From Gammaproteobacteria bacterium (GTDB lineage: Bacteria; Pseudomonadota; Gammaproteobacteria; CAJXQU01), in the NCBI GenBank assembly GCA_965238175.1, contig CBDEGZ010000003.1, positions 1,344,001 through 1,408,000 of the forward strand: a stretch of DNA of 64,000 nt, written 5' to 3'. Every line of letters starts with the position of its first letter. The first letter of the stretch is position 1. Position numbers and translations under genes: made by a program. The notes below the pieces were generated by a model. It ran no database searches, was not told the origin of the DNA, and worked only from the letters and a program-made list of their open reading frames with translations. Shown here piece by piece: positions 40,388 to 50,365 of this stretch.

Positions 40388-42541
40388 ATGGAATCAGCAT
40401 CTGTTGTTATCGTTTCCGACGCAGAAGGGGGAGTTGATCTGCAACCTGCATCGCTCGATATCTGGGATAAGAAATATCGATTAAAAACTAAAGAAGGTGT
40501 TGCCGTTGATCAGGATATTGATGCAACTTATCGACGTGTTGCCAAGGCACTTTCAGAGGTGGAAACGACACCTGAGAAGCAAGAGCTTTGGCATAAGAAA
40601 TTTCTTTGGGCATTACGCCATGGTGCAATACCTGCAGGTCGGATAACCTCTAACGCTGGCGCGCAAGCATATAAACCAGCAACCTCAACGATCAATTGTA
40701 CTGTTTCTGGTGTGGTTCGTGACTCCATGGACGATATTCTTAATAAGGTGCATGAGGCCGGTTTAACCCTGAAGGCTGGTTGTGGTATTGGTTATGAGTT
40801 TTCTACCTTACGACCAAAGGGAGCTTATGTTTCCGGTGCAGGTGCTTATACGTCGGGTCCACTGTCTTTTATGGATATCTACGACAAGATGTGTTTTACC
40901 GTATCTTCTGCGGGTGGCCGCCGTGGCGCACAAATGGCGACATTCGATGTAGGTCATCCTGATGTGCTCGATTTCATTCGTGCGAAGCGCGAGGACGGTC
41001 GTTTGCGACAGTTCAATTTATCTTTATTGATCACTGATGAATTTATGCAAGCGGTGAAAAATGACGGGCAATGGAAGTTGGCATTTCCTCTGGATGATAA
41101 AGAAGTCGAACAAGATGGCATTGATCTAAATGATCAAAAACAAGTGATCTGGCGCGAGTGGCCAACACATAAAGGCTACATTGTTAATGAAACAGGTAAG
41201 GTTGCTTGCAAGGTTTATAAAACGATCCCTGCCCAACGACTTTGGGATGCGATTATGTCATCCACTTACGATTATGCTGAACCGGGTTTTATTCTGATCG
41301 ATGAATACAATGAAATGAATAACAATTGGTTTTGCGAAAATATTCGTGCGACCAATCCATGTGGTGAACAAGGGTTGCCTCCATACGGGGCTTGCCTCCT
41401 TGGTTCGATCAATTTGACGACCTTTGTATCTGCTCCCTTTACTGATAAAGCAGAATTTGACTGGGAAACCTTCCATTCAGTGGTTCGCGTATTTACCCGT
41501 ATGTTGGATAACGTTGTAGAGATCAACGGCCTGCCACTGGAAAAACAACGTGATGAAATTGAGCGCAAACGTCGCCATGGTATGGGTTACCTGGGTCTAG
41601 GCTCAACATTAACCATGCTAAAACAGAAGTACGGCAGTGATGAATCACTGGAATTCACTGAGCGTGTTAGCCGCGAGTTAGCGATGGCGGGCTGGCAAGA
41701 AGCACTGAGCTTGGCGGAAGAAAAAGGTTCGGCGCCAGTGATGGAAGAAGACTTTGAAGTCACAACTGAGATGCTCAGTCGTCGGCCAGAAATGATCGAT
41801 GATGGTTTCAAAGTTGGTGACACCGTTAAGGGTAAAGTACTGCATGCAAAGTATAGCCGTTATATGCAGCGTATCGCTAAGGAAGATCCTGATCTAGTAG
41901 AGCAACTGGCTAAAGTGGGGGCTCGCTTTACACATCACAGTTCCATAGCACCGACAGGGACGATCTCCTTATCATTAGCAAATAACGCCAGTAATGGTAT
42001 TGAGCCGAGTTTCGCACATCACTACTCACGCAATGTTATCCGTGAAAACAAAAAGACCAAAGAAAAGGTCGATGTTTTTTCATATGAATTATTGGCCTAT
42101 CGTACTTTAGTGAACCCTAAGGCGATGCCTTTCTCTGAAAATCCAGAAGAACAGTTACCGGACTATTTCATTAGTGCTGATTCAGTCGTACCTAAACAGC
42201 ATGTGGATATCCAGGCGGCATCACAAAAATGGATCGATTCTTCGATTTCTAAAACAGCGAATGTCCCTACAGATTTCGCCTTTGAAGAATTCAAAAACAT
42301 TTATGAATATGCCTATGATAAAGGTTTGAAAGGATGCACAACCTTCCGTTTCAATCCAGAAGTTTTCCAGGGTGTACTGGTCAAAGAAGCAGATCTGGAA
42401 AATACGACCTACCGTTTCTCACTGGAAAATGGTGATGTGATAGAAGTAAAAGGTAATGAAGAGATCGAATACGATGGTGAAATGCATACCGCTGCGAACC
42501 TGTTCGATGCACTTAAAGAAGGCTATTATGGTAAATTCTAA
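40388..42541 (+). CDS. nrdJ: Class II (adenosylcobalamin) ribonucleotide reductase, NrdJa
   Basis: PAGRI, TINC, RRGAQM, ATNPCGEQ, IAPTGTIS, KGCTTFR; start at MESASV behind an AGGGG RBS. Confidence 0.95.
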   Translation: MESASVVIVSDAEGGVDLQPASLDIWDKKYRLKTKEGVAVDQDIDATYRRVAKALSEVETTPEKQELWHKKFLWALRHGAIPAGRITSNAGAQAYKPATSTINCTVSGVVRDSMDDILNKVHEAGLTLKAGCGIGYEFSTLRPKGAYVSGAGAYTSGPLSFMDIYDKMCFTVSSAGGRRGAQMATFDVGHPDVLDFIRAKREDGRLRQFNLSLLITDEFMQAVKNDGQWKLAFPLDDKEVEQDGIDLNDQKQVIWREWPTHKGYIVNETGKVACKVYKTIPAQRLWDAIMSSTYDYAEPGFILIDEYNEMNNNWFCENIRATNPCGEQGLPPYGACLLGSINLTTFVSAPFTDKAEFDWETFHSVVRVFTRMLDNVVEINGLPLEKQRDEIERKRRHGMGYLGLGSTLTMLKQKYGSDESLEFTERVSRELAMAGWQEALSLAEEKGSAPVMEEDFEVTTEMLSRRPEMIDDGFKVGDTVKGKVLHAKYSRYMQRIAKEDPDLVEQLAKVGARFTHHSSIAPTGTISLSLANNASNGIEPSFAHHYSRNVIRENKKTKEKVDVFSYELLAYRTLVNPKAMPFSENPEEQLPDYFISADSVVPKQHVDIQAASQKWIDSSISKTANVPTDFAFEEFKNIYEYAYDKGLKGCTTFRFNPEVFQGVLVKEADLENTTYRFSLENGDVIEVKGNEEIEYDGEMHTAANLFDALKEGYYGKF

Positions 42542-43236
42542 TGACGATTAAAATAGATAATAAAATTGTTGGTTATAAAGTTATAAAAGAAAATGACGAA
42601 ACTTTACAGGCAGAAGAAGCCTCTCCGCTTGAAGATAAGCAGGAAGATAATGTTGTGCAGATGCATGAAAAAGTTGAACGACCAGACATGCTTTTGGGTT
42701 CAACTTACAAAATCAAAACACCATTAAGTGATCACGCACTCTACATTACAGTGAATGATATTGTCCTCAATGCGGGAACCGAGCATGAGCTGCGTCGCCC
42801 ATTTGAAGTGTTTATAAATTCAAAAAGCATGGATCATTTTCAATGGATTGTCGCTTTAACACGGATCATTTCAGCCGTTTTCCGTAAAGGGGGTGACGTT
42901 ATATTTCTGGTTGAAGAATTACGATCTGTTTTTGATCCAAGTGGTGGTTATTTTAAACCCGGTGGTAAGTTTATGCCATCGTTAGTTGCTGAGATTGGTG
43001 ATGTTTTGGAAAACCATATGCGTCTAATTGGTTTAATCAAAGATAGTGGGCCTGACAAGCATCAAAAAAAAATGATCGAAGAAAAAAAGGTAGAACTAAA
43101 AAAGTCACAAACCAGTGACGATGAGGGAGAATTTCCAAACAGTGCGACACTCTGTGTTAAATGTAATACGAAAGCGATGATTCAGATGGACAACTGTCTT
43201 ACTTGTTTGAATTGTGGTGAGAGTAAGTGCGGTTAA
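42541..43236 (+). CDS. nrdJb: NrdJb (TSCPD-type C-terminal subunit)
   Basis: HALYITVND, RPFEVFINSK, C-terminal CVKC...CLNCGESKCG; stop/start overlap with nrdJa. Confidence 0.92.
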   Translation: MTIKIDNKIVGYKVIKENDETLQAEEASPLEDKQEDNVVQMHEKVERPDMLLGSTYKIKTPLSDHALYITVNDIVLNAGTEHELRRPFEVFINSKSMDHFQWIVALTRIISAVFRKGGDVIFLVEELRSVFDPSGGYFKPGGKFMPSLVAEIGDVLENHMRLIGLIKDSGPDKHQKKMIEEKKVELKKSQTSDDEGEFPNSATLCVKCNTKAMIQMDNCLTCLNCGESKCG

Positions 43237-43260
43237 ATAATTTTTCTTGGTAAAGAAAAA

Positions 43261-43977
43261 ATGAAAAAATTTCATATAGAAGAAAGAGTTAGCGAACTAC
43301 ACTTGAAGATTTGGGAGAAGTATAAAGAGAAAATCCGAGGTGGTGGGCTAGAATTTATCGATTGTCTCTCACCTGAAATTGCGTGTGATCTTCTTGGTAT
43401 TTACTACGAAGAGTCAGAGCGGCTTGGTAATTTTGGAGATGATAAAGGACGTTTCGAGGTCGCTGGATGCGTTGATATTAAGCAAAAAGAAATTTATGTT
43501 TCAAAGGTTTTTCCAGCAAGAGCTAGACGTTTTACTGCTGGTCATGAAATTGGGCATTACTGTCTTCATTCTGATCAACTTGGAATAATGCATAAGGATC
43601 GGCCTGTAGGTTTTTCCAATACTCAGAAGATAAGGCAACCGTTACGGGAAAGGGAAGCTGAATATTTTAGTGCTTGTTATTACATGCCTGCTAAGGTTAT
43701 CAAAAGAGAATTTGAATTTAGATTTGGAAAAGTACCTTTCCAAGTAAATGGAGCTGCAGCTTATTGGCTTAGTCCAAGTGAACCTGATGTTTTATTAAAT
43801 TCAGGTGAGGAAAATGTAGCAAAAGCAATTGCTTCATGTGAGAATTTTAATAATAAACCAATCATCTCTATTGCTGATAGGTTTCAAATATCTAGTCAAG
43901 CCATGGCTATTCGTTTAATAGAATTAGGTATGTTTAACTTAGATAGTCAATCCCAATTCCAGAACAATTGGATGTAA
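43261..43977 (+). CDS. ImmA/IrrE-family metallopeptidase
   Basis: RFTAGHEIGH, EREAEYFSACYYMP, IADRFQISSQAMAIRL. Confidence 0.85.
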   Translation: MKKFHIEERVSELHLKIWEKYKEKIRGGGLEFIDCLSPEIACDLLGIYYEESERLGNFGDDKGRFEVAGCVDIKQKEIYVSKVFPARARRFTAGHEIGHYCLHSDQLGIMHKDRPVGFSNTQKIRQPLREREAEYFSACYYMPAKVIKREFEFRFGKVPFQVNGAAAYWLSPSEPDVLLNSGEENVAKAIASCENFNNKPIISIADRFQISSQAMAIRLIELGMFNLDSQSQFQNNWM

Positions 43978-44111
43978 TGTTATCGGTTTGCTAAATTTTC
44001 ATTGAATTATAGTATTTTCATATTCATTTTTTTTGCAAATAATAGTGATTTAAAAGATCGTAACCAGATTTGATTATTTAAATAAATATAGGTATTCAAT
44101 TAAAACTATTT

Positions 44112-46019
44112 ATGAAAGCGGCCTATTTTATTGGTTTTGTTTTTCTTTTATTTTCAATCTTTTTTTCATCTAAACTTTTTGACCAAGAACATTGTCTCGA
44201 ACTAGATAAAGGACTACAAGTTTGTGCTGCTAGTGATATGGCGAAGATTACTCGAACTGGAAAAACACCTTTCGAAGATGAAGCCTTTGACCTTTCAAAA
44301 GGAGAATTAATTCTTGATGCCGCACGTAATGAAACCATCGCTTTTCAGCTTATTTTAAAAACCAAAAAACCGCAACTTACTACAGAAGTAAAAATCAGTT
44401 TTAATGATTTCACCGGATCTAAAAACACAGTTATAGACTCAACAAAAAACGTTAGTCTTTTTAAGGCGCATTACCATTGGGTTGAATTCGGGAGCTATTA
44501 TTGGGGGACGAAAAGTGAAGTGCTCGATTGGCCAGATGACTACCCTGATGCCTTAATTCCGCAATTGAATACATGTCAAAGTTTTGAACAGAATATTGAA
44601 CAGATTAAAGCTCAAAGTGATCAAATATTAAATTTCGAAACAATTTCCCTTCCACAAAAAAGCGACGAGAACCAATCGGTTTGGATTGATATTTTTATTC
44701 CAAAAGATAAACCTTCAGGTGAGTATAAAACGTCTATAAAAATTCAATCAGGAAAGTTTATTAAAAAGATCCCATTAACGGTAAAAGTTTGGGATGCGAC
44801 TCTACCAGATAAGCCAACTATTGATGCGGTTGGTGAATTATATGACAGCTACGAGCAGGAAGGATTAGGTAGAGATTTTAGTCACGAAAAATGGAAAAAA
44901 ATGTCTCATTGTTATCAACAAATGGCGCATAGACATCGCATGGTTTTTATTGAACGTCTTTCTGTAAAACAAGGTGAGGCTTGGGATAATTATAATAAAA
45001 TTTATGACCCGATTTTGAATGGAAGTTTATTTACAGATCAATATGGTTATGTTGGCCCAGGTGTTAATACACCGGTTGCAATTTGGCGTACTCCGTGGCT
45101 ACAAAATTATAATGCGAGAGTTGCTAAACCTATTTCTGATCAGAAGATAGAAAGTTATGAATTTCTAGCCAAAAGTTGGTTAAAAAACATTGAGCAGAAC
45201 AACTGGGATAAAACCGATTTCTTTGCTTATATTTTCGATGAGGTTGATGGTGCAACTGATGGAGATAAGTTGGGTGATGTTGGTGAAGATTATATTTCCA
45301 TGGTGCACCAGCAAATGGATCGTGTGCAGAAAGCGATCGATAAAGGAATGAAAAAATCCCAAAATAATAAAACAAACAATAATAAATCGATAGATTTGAT
45401 TTGGACTAGTCATACAGATCCACAGACATGGCAAGGAATGGTGAGTGAAGATCTACAAGATATTATTCGTTTATGGGCACCAAGCGCGAATAGCGCAAAT
45501 GTCGATTATCTAACAGAACGTAAAAGTGAAGGCGATAAGATTTGGTTTTATCATAACGGCCATCCAGCAGTTGGCATTCATAGTATTAACGCTTCTGGAA
45601 TTGAAATGAGGAGCTGGGGTGTGATCACGGCAAAATATAATTTTGATGGTCATTTCATGTGGGCATTAAATCTATCAGATCAAGAGAAACCGTATCATTA
45701 CCCTAGTTATAAAAAAGAAGATGATCGGTTTGGAAATGGAACGATGGTTTATGCTGGAAACAAGCTTGGTACGATAGGAATGGAACCAATACCAGGCCCG
45801 ATTCCAACGATGCGTCTTAAGGCCTGGCGACGAGGCTTACAGGATGCGGAACTGATTCTGTTGGCTAAAAAATCTGGTTATCAAAAAGAAGTTGATCAGA
45901 TGTTAGAAAAATTAATTCCAACTGCTTTATCTAAAGGGCAAGGGCAAGCGAGTTGGTCTGATAATCCACAAGACTGGATCAAATTCCATCGTGAATTATT
46001 AAGGCTTGTTTCTAATTAA
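44112..46019 (+). CDS. Exported DUF4091/GH123-like protein
   Basis: N-terminal anchor, AARNETIAFQL, YPDALIP, YIFDE, GNGTMVY, MRLKAWRRGLQD. Confidence 0.75.
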   Translation: MKAAYFIGFVFLLFSIFFSSKLFDQEHCLELDKGLQVCAASDMAKITRTGKTPFEDEAFDLSKGELILDAARNETIAFQLILKTKKPQLTTEVKISFNDFTGSKNTVIDSTKNVSLFKAHYHWVEFGSYYWGTKSEVLDWPDDYPDALIPQLNTCQSFEQNIEQIKAQSDQILNFETISLPQKSDENQSVWIDIFIPKDKPSGEYKTSIKIQSGKFIKKIPLTVKVWDATLPDKPTIDAVGELYDSYEQEGLGRDFSHEKWKKMSHCYQQMAHRHRMVFIERLSVKQGEAWDNYNKIYDPILNGSLFTDQYGYVGPGVNTPVAIWRTPWLQNYNARVAKPISDQKIESYEFLAKSWLKNIEQNNWDKTDFFAYIFDEVDGATDGDKLGDVGEDYISMVHQQMDRVQKAIDKGMKKSQNNKTNNNKSIDLIWTSHTDPQTWQGMVSEDLQDIIRLWAPSANSANVDYLTERKSEGDKIWFYHNGHPAVGIHSINASGIEMRSWGVITAKYNFDGHFMWALNLSDQEKPYHYPSYKKEDDRFGNGTMVYAGNKLGTIGMEPIPGPIPTMRLKAWRRGLQDAELILLAKKSGYQKEVDQMLEKLIPTALSKGQGQASWSDNPQDWIKFHRELLRLVSN

Positions 46020-46106
46020 CCTGATGTGATGGTCTCCTCCCCCTAACGGCATCTAGGTGCCATGATTGAACTGACATACACACAATCAAAAGAGGAGAAG
46101 ACCAAA

Positions 46107-47120
46107 ATGAAGACTACAACAATCGGGTTAGACATAGCAAAAAACGTATTTCATGCTGTCTGCTGTAATCAACAAGGGCGTATAATCAAAAAGAAAATGT
46201 TAAAGCGAGCGCAGGTACTCTCCTTTTTTCAATCTCAACCTCCTTGTTTAGTCGCAATAGAATCTTGTGCAACGTCACAGTATTGGGCCCGAGCGATACA
46301 ACAACAGGGACATCAGGTGAAATTACTACCACCTCAGCATGTTAACGCATTTCTAATCGGCAATAAGAATGATTATAACGATGCCTTGGCCATCGCCGTT
46401 GCTGCGAAACAACCTCATTTAAAAAGTGTGGGCATTAAATCAGTTGAGCAACAAGACAACCAGGCACAACATAAAGCAAGAGACTTAGCGGTCAGACAAA
46501 GAACCGCATTATGTAACCAAATGAGAGCGCTTGTTGCAGAATATGGCATTAGCCTTCGTCCCGGCCTAAATACCCTACGTCAATCTATCCCGTTGCTATT
46601 AAGTGATGAGAACGAACGGTTGTCCGTTACTTTCAAAAGGATACTGCGCCAGCTAAAGGAACAATGGCAATCACTTGATGCCTGTATTGCGACATTTGAC
46701 CAATTGATCATTCAATCGGCAAAAAACAATGCGATTTGCCAACGCTTACAAACTATTCCAGGGTTTGGGCCGATGGTCTCGAGCGCGTATTTTAATGAAG
46801 TGGGAAACGGCGCTCATTATCACAAAGGGCGCGATGTGTCCGCCTCATTAGGACTTGTTCCACGACAGTACAGTAGTGGTGGTAAAGAGGTGCTACTGGG
46901 GATCAGTAAACGCGGCAATAAATACCTTCGTTGTTTGTTAATTCTAGGCGCGAAGGCCGTGGTATCAAGAGCCAAAACGAAAGGCGATAAACTGAGTCAA
47001 TGGATTAATCGTTTAGTTGAGACGCGGGGGCATAATCGAGCGTGTGTGGCGTATGCCAACAAAATGGCAAGAATGGCCTGGGCTATAACGGTTTCTGGTG
47101 ATGACTACTCACCGGCCTAA
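46107..47120 (+). CDS. IS110/IS1111 DEDD recombinase
   Basis: IGLDIAK, AIESC, KNDYNDA, GLVPRQYSSGG, SKRGNKYLR; start at MKTTT behind GAGGAG. Confidence 0.95.
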   Translation: MKTTTIGLDIAKNVFHAVCCNQQGRIIKKKMLKRAQVLSFFQSQPPCLVAIESCATSQYWARAIQQQGHQVKLLPPQHVNAFLIGNKNDYNDALAIAVAAKQPHLKSVGIKSVEQQDNQAQHKARDLAVRQRTALCNQMRALVAEYGISLRPGLNTLRQSIPLLLSDENERLSVTFKRILRQLKEQWQSLDACIATFDQLIIQSAKNNAICQRLQTIPGFGPMVSSAYFNEVGNGAHYHKGRDVSASLGLVPRQYSSGGKEVLLGISKRGNKYLRCLLILGAKAVVSRAKTKGDKLSQWINRLVETRGHNRACVAYANKMARMAWAITVSGDDYSPA

Positions 47121-47129
47121 ATAGAGAGA

Positions 47130-47340
47130 ACAAATCATTTCAACGAATTGCGAAGGTAAAACTAAAGATGGCATAACAGGTCAAACCAGCCTATTGAAAA
47201 CCTGTCGAGCTCAGGGGTAACTAATACCGATAACCTGATAAGGAAAATAGGCGCGTAATACATCCAGGTCAGAAGTTGAAAACTTCATTGAAGGCCGTAT
47301 ATATGACAGCAATCCTGTCCCTGTTATCTGAATGTTTTAT
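47130..47340 (+). ncRNA. Putative bridge/seek RNA of the IS1111 element
   Basis: Non-coding 3' region with stems (GCCTATT/AATAGGC) enclosing segments that match the target and donor junction; boundaries approximate. Confidence 0.7.
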
Positions 47341-47403
47341 CTTGCAATACGGGAGGAGACCATATATGAATTCGGGATAAGAATGACTATAAAAACATTA
47401 AAG

Positions 47404-48629
47404 TGTAGAAATTCAGATTTGATCTGACAGTTACCCAATTATCAGTAACCGACTGTCAGGTTAAGTTTAATTCACAAACTTTTCCTTCCAGATAGCTTGT
47501 CCGTCGATGAGTGTTTCCATCGGCGTCCTCCCGCAGCACATTTTGCCTTGGTGAGTTCGTTGAGTATTGTATTTGAGCAACCATTCGTCAAGGTCGAGTT
47601 GCAGTTCATCAATCGATTGGTAAATTTTCTTACGCAAAGCGACTTGATAAAACTCATTGAGGATCGTCTTATGGAATCGCTCACAAATACCATTCGTCTG
47701 AGGTGATTTGACCTTGGTTTTGGTGTGTTCGATATTGTTCAACGCCATATAAAGCTGATAATCATGCTGGTCAGCTCGCCCACAATACTCCGTCCCTCTA
47801 TCTGTCAAAATGCGCAACATAGGCAAACGTTGTTGTTCGTAGAATGGGAGGACGCGGTCATTGAGCATGTCAGCTGCCGTAATCGGTGTTTTAGTCGGGT
47901 ACAGTTTCGCGTGAGCGACCTTGCTGTAAGTATCAACAAACGTTTGTTGATAAACCCGACCAATGCCTTTGAAAGTACCGACATAGTAAGTATCTTGCGA
48001 GCCAAGATAACCAGGGTGTGCCGTCTCTATCTCGCCACAAGCCTCATCGTCGTCTTTCTTGCGTTCCATCGCCGCGACTTGAGACTCAGTGAGGATCAAG
48101 CCTTCACCAGCTACCTTATCAGACAATGCCTTCAGGCGATCTTTAAAGCAAGCAAGACCATGACGAAGCCAGATACAACGAACGCCACTGGGTGAGACAA
48201 ATGTTCCCCGTTTGCGCAGCTCGTTACTGGTGCGCGTTTGACCATGTGCGGGCTCTTCCAGTGCATACTCGAGCACAACGGTTTCAATAGCCGGGTCGAT
48301 TCTGTTTTTAAGATTTGGGGTACGCCGATTACGATCAAACAAGGCTTCTACACCGCCTTCATCAGCCGCTTCTTTGTAGCGATAAAATGTATCTCTGGAC
48401 AAACCCATCATCTTGCAGGCTTTTGAGACATTGCCGAGTTCTTCAGCGAGATTGAGTAGACCAACTTTATGTTTTATAACTTTGTCATTAGTATGAATCA
48501 TGAGAGTTACCTCTTTGTGTTTTGATGTTTACGTTGCAGTTACATCAAAGCGGGTAACTCTCACTAAATCAAGCGTCGCTACGCTCCGCTTGATTTAGTG
48601 ATGTGTCAGATTGGGTCTAAACTTCTACA
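47404..48629 (-). mobile_element. IS481-family insertion sequence, copy 2
   Basis: Same ends and length as copy 1, at least two SNPs; flanks ATTAAAG/ACTTATG are not a direct repeat. Confidence 0.95.
47467..48501 (-). CDS. IS481-family transposase
   Basis: One residue differs from copy 1 (YEQQ vs YEEQ). Confidence 0.95.
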   Translation of the reverse strand: MIHTNDKVIKHKVGLLNLAEELGNVSKACKMMGLSRDTFYRYKEAADEGGVEALFDRNRRTPNLKNRIDPAIETVVLEYALEEPAHGQTRTSNELRKRGTFVSPSGVRCIWLRHGLACFKDRLKALSDKVAGEGLILTESQVAAMERKKDDDEACGEIETAHPGYLGSQDTYYVGTFKGIGRVYQQTFVDTYSKVAHAKLYPTKTPITAADMLNDRVLPFYEQQRLPMLRILTDRGTEYCGRADQHDYQLYMALNNIEHTKTKVKSPQTNGICERFHKTILNEFYQVALRKKIYQSIDELQLDLDEWLLKYNTQRTHQGKMCCGRTPMETLIDGQAIWKEKFVN

Positions 48630-48866
48630 ACTTATGGTTGTGTTCCTGTGGTTCCAGATCGGCTTGCTTATCGTGAGTTTATAACTGATCAATTTCGTTA
48701 TGTTTCTTATTTTGATGATGCAGAAAAAGAGGTACAGGAATTAGCCAATCAATTAGAAAGTTTGTCGCAGGATTTTGAAAATAATAATTTGATCGAAGCA
48801 CTCGATTTATCGACATTATATTGGGAAAATTTAAAACAAAAATATCGGCAGGAATTCTCATTGTGA
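48630..48866 (+). pseudogene. C-terminal remnant of a DUF3524/glycosyltransferase-like gene
   Basis: Frame opens at the IS edge with TYGCVPVVPDRLAYRE, typical of GT-B/DUF3524 C-termini. Confidence 0.6.
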
Positions 48867-49207
48867 ACAATAAAAAAGATCAAAAAATTCGTGAAAAGCT
48901 GATGGCGATAAGAGACGAAATTTTATCAACTGAAGAAACCGGCAATGATGCAACTAAAGTCGTTGAGTTAGATCAATCAAGTGTTGGTCGGCTTTCCCGC
49001 ATGGATGCAATGCAAGCGCAAGCGATGTCATTAGAATTAAAACGAAGACGCGAGTTGGAATTAAAAAAGATTAGTGGAGTATTACTAAGACTGGATTCTG
49101 GAGGTTATGGTTTCTGCGTCGCTTGTGATGAAGAAATTTCTGCCGGACGCTTGGATTTTGATCCCACAACGCCGTTGTGTCTCGATTGTGCGGAACAAAA
49201 AGACTAG
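48863..49207 (+). CDS. TraR/DksA family C4 zinc-finger protein
   Basis: VELDQSSVGRLSRMDAMQAQAM, YGFCVAC...CLDC; GTG start overlapping the upstream stop. Confidence 0.9.
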   Translation: MNNKKDQKIREKLMAIRDEILSTEETGNDATKVVELDQSSVGRLSRMDAMQAQAMSLELKRRRELELKKISGVLLRLDSGGYGFCVACDEEISAGRLDFDPTTPLCLDCAEQKD

Positions 49208-49268
49208 GGGCTGATCCAGATAATACAACTTGAAGTATTATCTTAAAGATAAGAAGTCGTCGTTTAAG

Positions 49269-49344
49269 TAACCTGATGTGATGGTCTCCTCCCCCTAACG
49301 GCATCTAGGTGCCGTTAGGGGGAGGAGACCATCACATCAGGTTA
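49269..49344. repeat. 76-bp palindrome made of two IS1111 left ends
   Basis: 35-bp perfect arms identical to 46017-46051 around a TCTAGG centre. Confidence 0.95.
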
Positions 49345-49470
49345 TTTATGTTGACGAATAAGGCAGAATTTATGCCATTGTCTTGAGAAACTTGGTAGAT
49401 GTCACTCACTGACGAGCTTATTTGCGGACGGCTAGAAATTACCGGGGGTAGTTACTCAGATATTTCTAAT

Positions 49471-50364
49471 TTAATGAAGTGAAGAATTCCCGTCACTGAT
49501 CTGGCTATCGAAAACGCGTTCGACATCGATGGCATCTAACGAATATTGTGTATTACAGAAATCGCAGTTAATTTCGATTTTTGTATGTTCGACAATAATT
49601 TTATTGGCTTCAGATTTTCCAATTGATTGGATCATTTCTTCAATCTTTTGTTGGGAACACGAGCATTGATAGCGGATATCTTTTGGTTCAAACAAGCGTA
49701 AATTTTCTTCATGAAACAGACGATGAAGTAGTGTTTTTATATCTAAAGTTAATAACTCTTCTGCTTTAACAGTGTCACTAAGGGCAACTGAGCGATCCCA
49801 ACCGTCGTCATCTAGAATATTAGTCTGATCATATTTTTGATCGGGCAAACTCTGCAATAACAAACCTGCAGCTGAACTGTGATCAGCGGCGAGATGTACT
49901 TTGGTTTGCAATTGTTCAGAATGCTCAAAGTAGGTCTGTAAACAATCGGAGAGAGTTTTGCCTTCAAGGTTGGTGATCCCTTGATATCGTTCGTTATCTT
50001 TATCCGTAATCACTGAAATGACAATTTGACCTTCACCAAATAGATCCGGAAAATCAGACTCTGACAGATCATTTTCTTCCGATTCCCAATTAGCCATACC
50101 ACGAATTTCACCTTCGGAAGTGGCTTGCATAACTAACATTGAGACTGGCCCGCTACCGTTGATCTGCAATATTAGTGAGCCTTCAAATTTGATCGTGGCT
50201 GATAATAGACAGACGGCTGCAGCGGCTTCCCCAAGTACGTTTTGCAAAGCGGCCGGATAAACAGTATTACTGAGGATTTCTCCCCAGGCTTTGTCAAGAT
50301 GCACCCATTCGCCACGAATCTGGGTATTTTCGATCAAAAATCGGTGTAGGGTATCTTGTTCCAT
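49471..50364 (-). CDS. hslO: Hsp33 redox chaperone
   Basis: LSATIKFEG, YFEHSEQL, CSCS and CDFC zinc motifs. Confidence 0.96.
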   Translation of the reverse strand: MEQDTLHRFLIENTQIRGEWVHLDKAWGEILSNTVYPAALQNVLGEAAAAVCLLSATIKFEGSLILQINGSGPVSMLVMQATSEGEIRGMANWESEENDLSESDFPDLFGEGQIVISVITDKDNERYQGITNLEGKTLSDCLQTYFEHSEQLQTKVHLAADHSSAAGLLLQSLPDQKYDQTNILDDDGWDRSVALSDTVKAEELLTLDIKTLLHRLFHEENLRLFEPKDIRYQCSCSQQKIEEMIQSIGKSEANKIIVEHTKIEINCDFCNTQYSLDAIDVERVFDSQISDGNSSLH

Positions 50365-50365
50365 T

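Larger units (their letters stand above)
46022..47366 (+). mobile_element. IS110 family, IS1111-group element
   Basis: 13-bp subterminal IRs ATGGTCTCCTCCC (46029) / GGGAGGAGACCAT (47351), 7 nt and 3 nt from the ends; joining the ends creates TTGCAA-N17-TATGAT, the typical circle-junction promoter. Confidence 0.92.

Noticed and set aside
17842-48629. Large composite element between the two IS481 copies
   Set aside because: Copy 1 has its own target duplication and the interval is core housekeeping DNA
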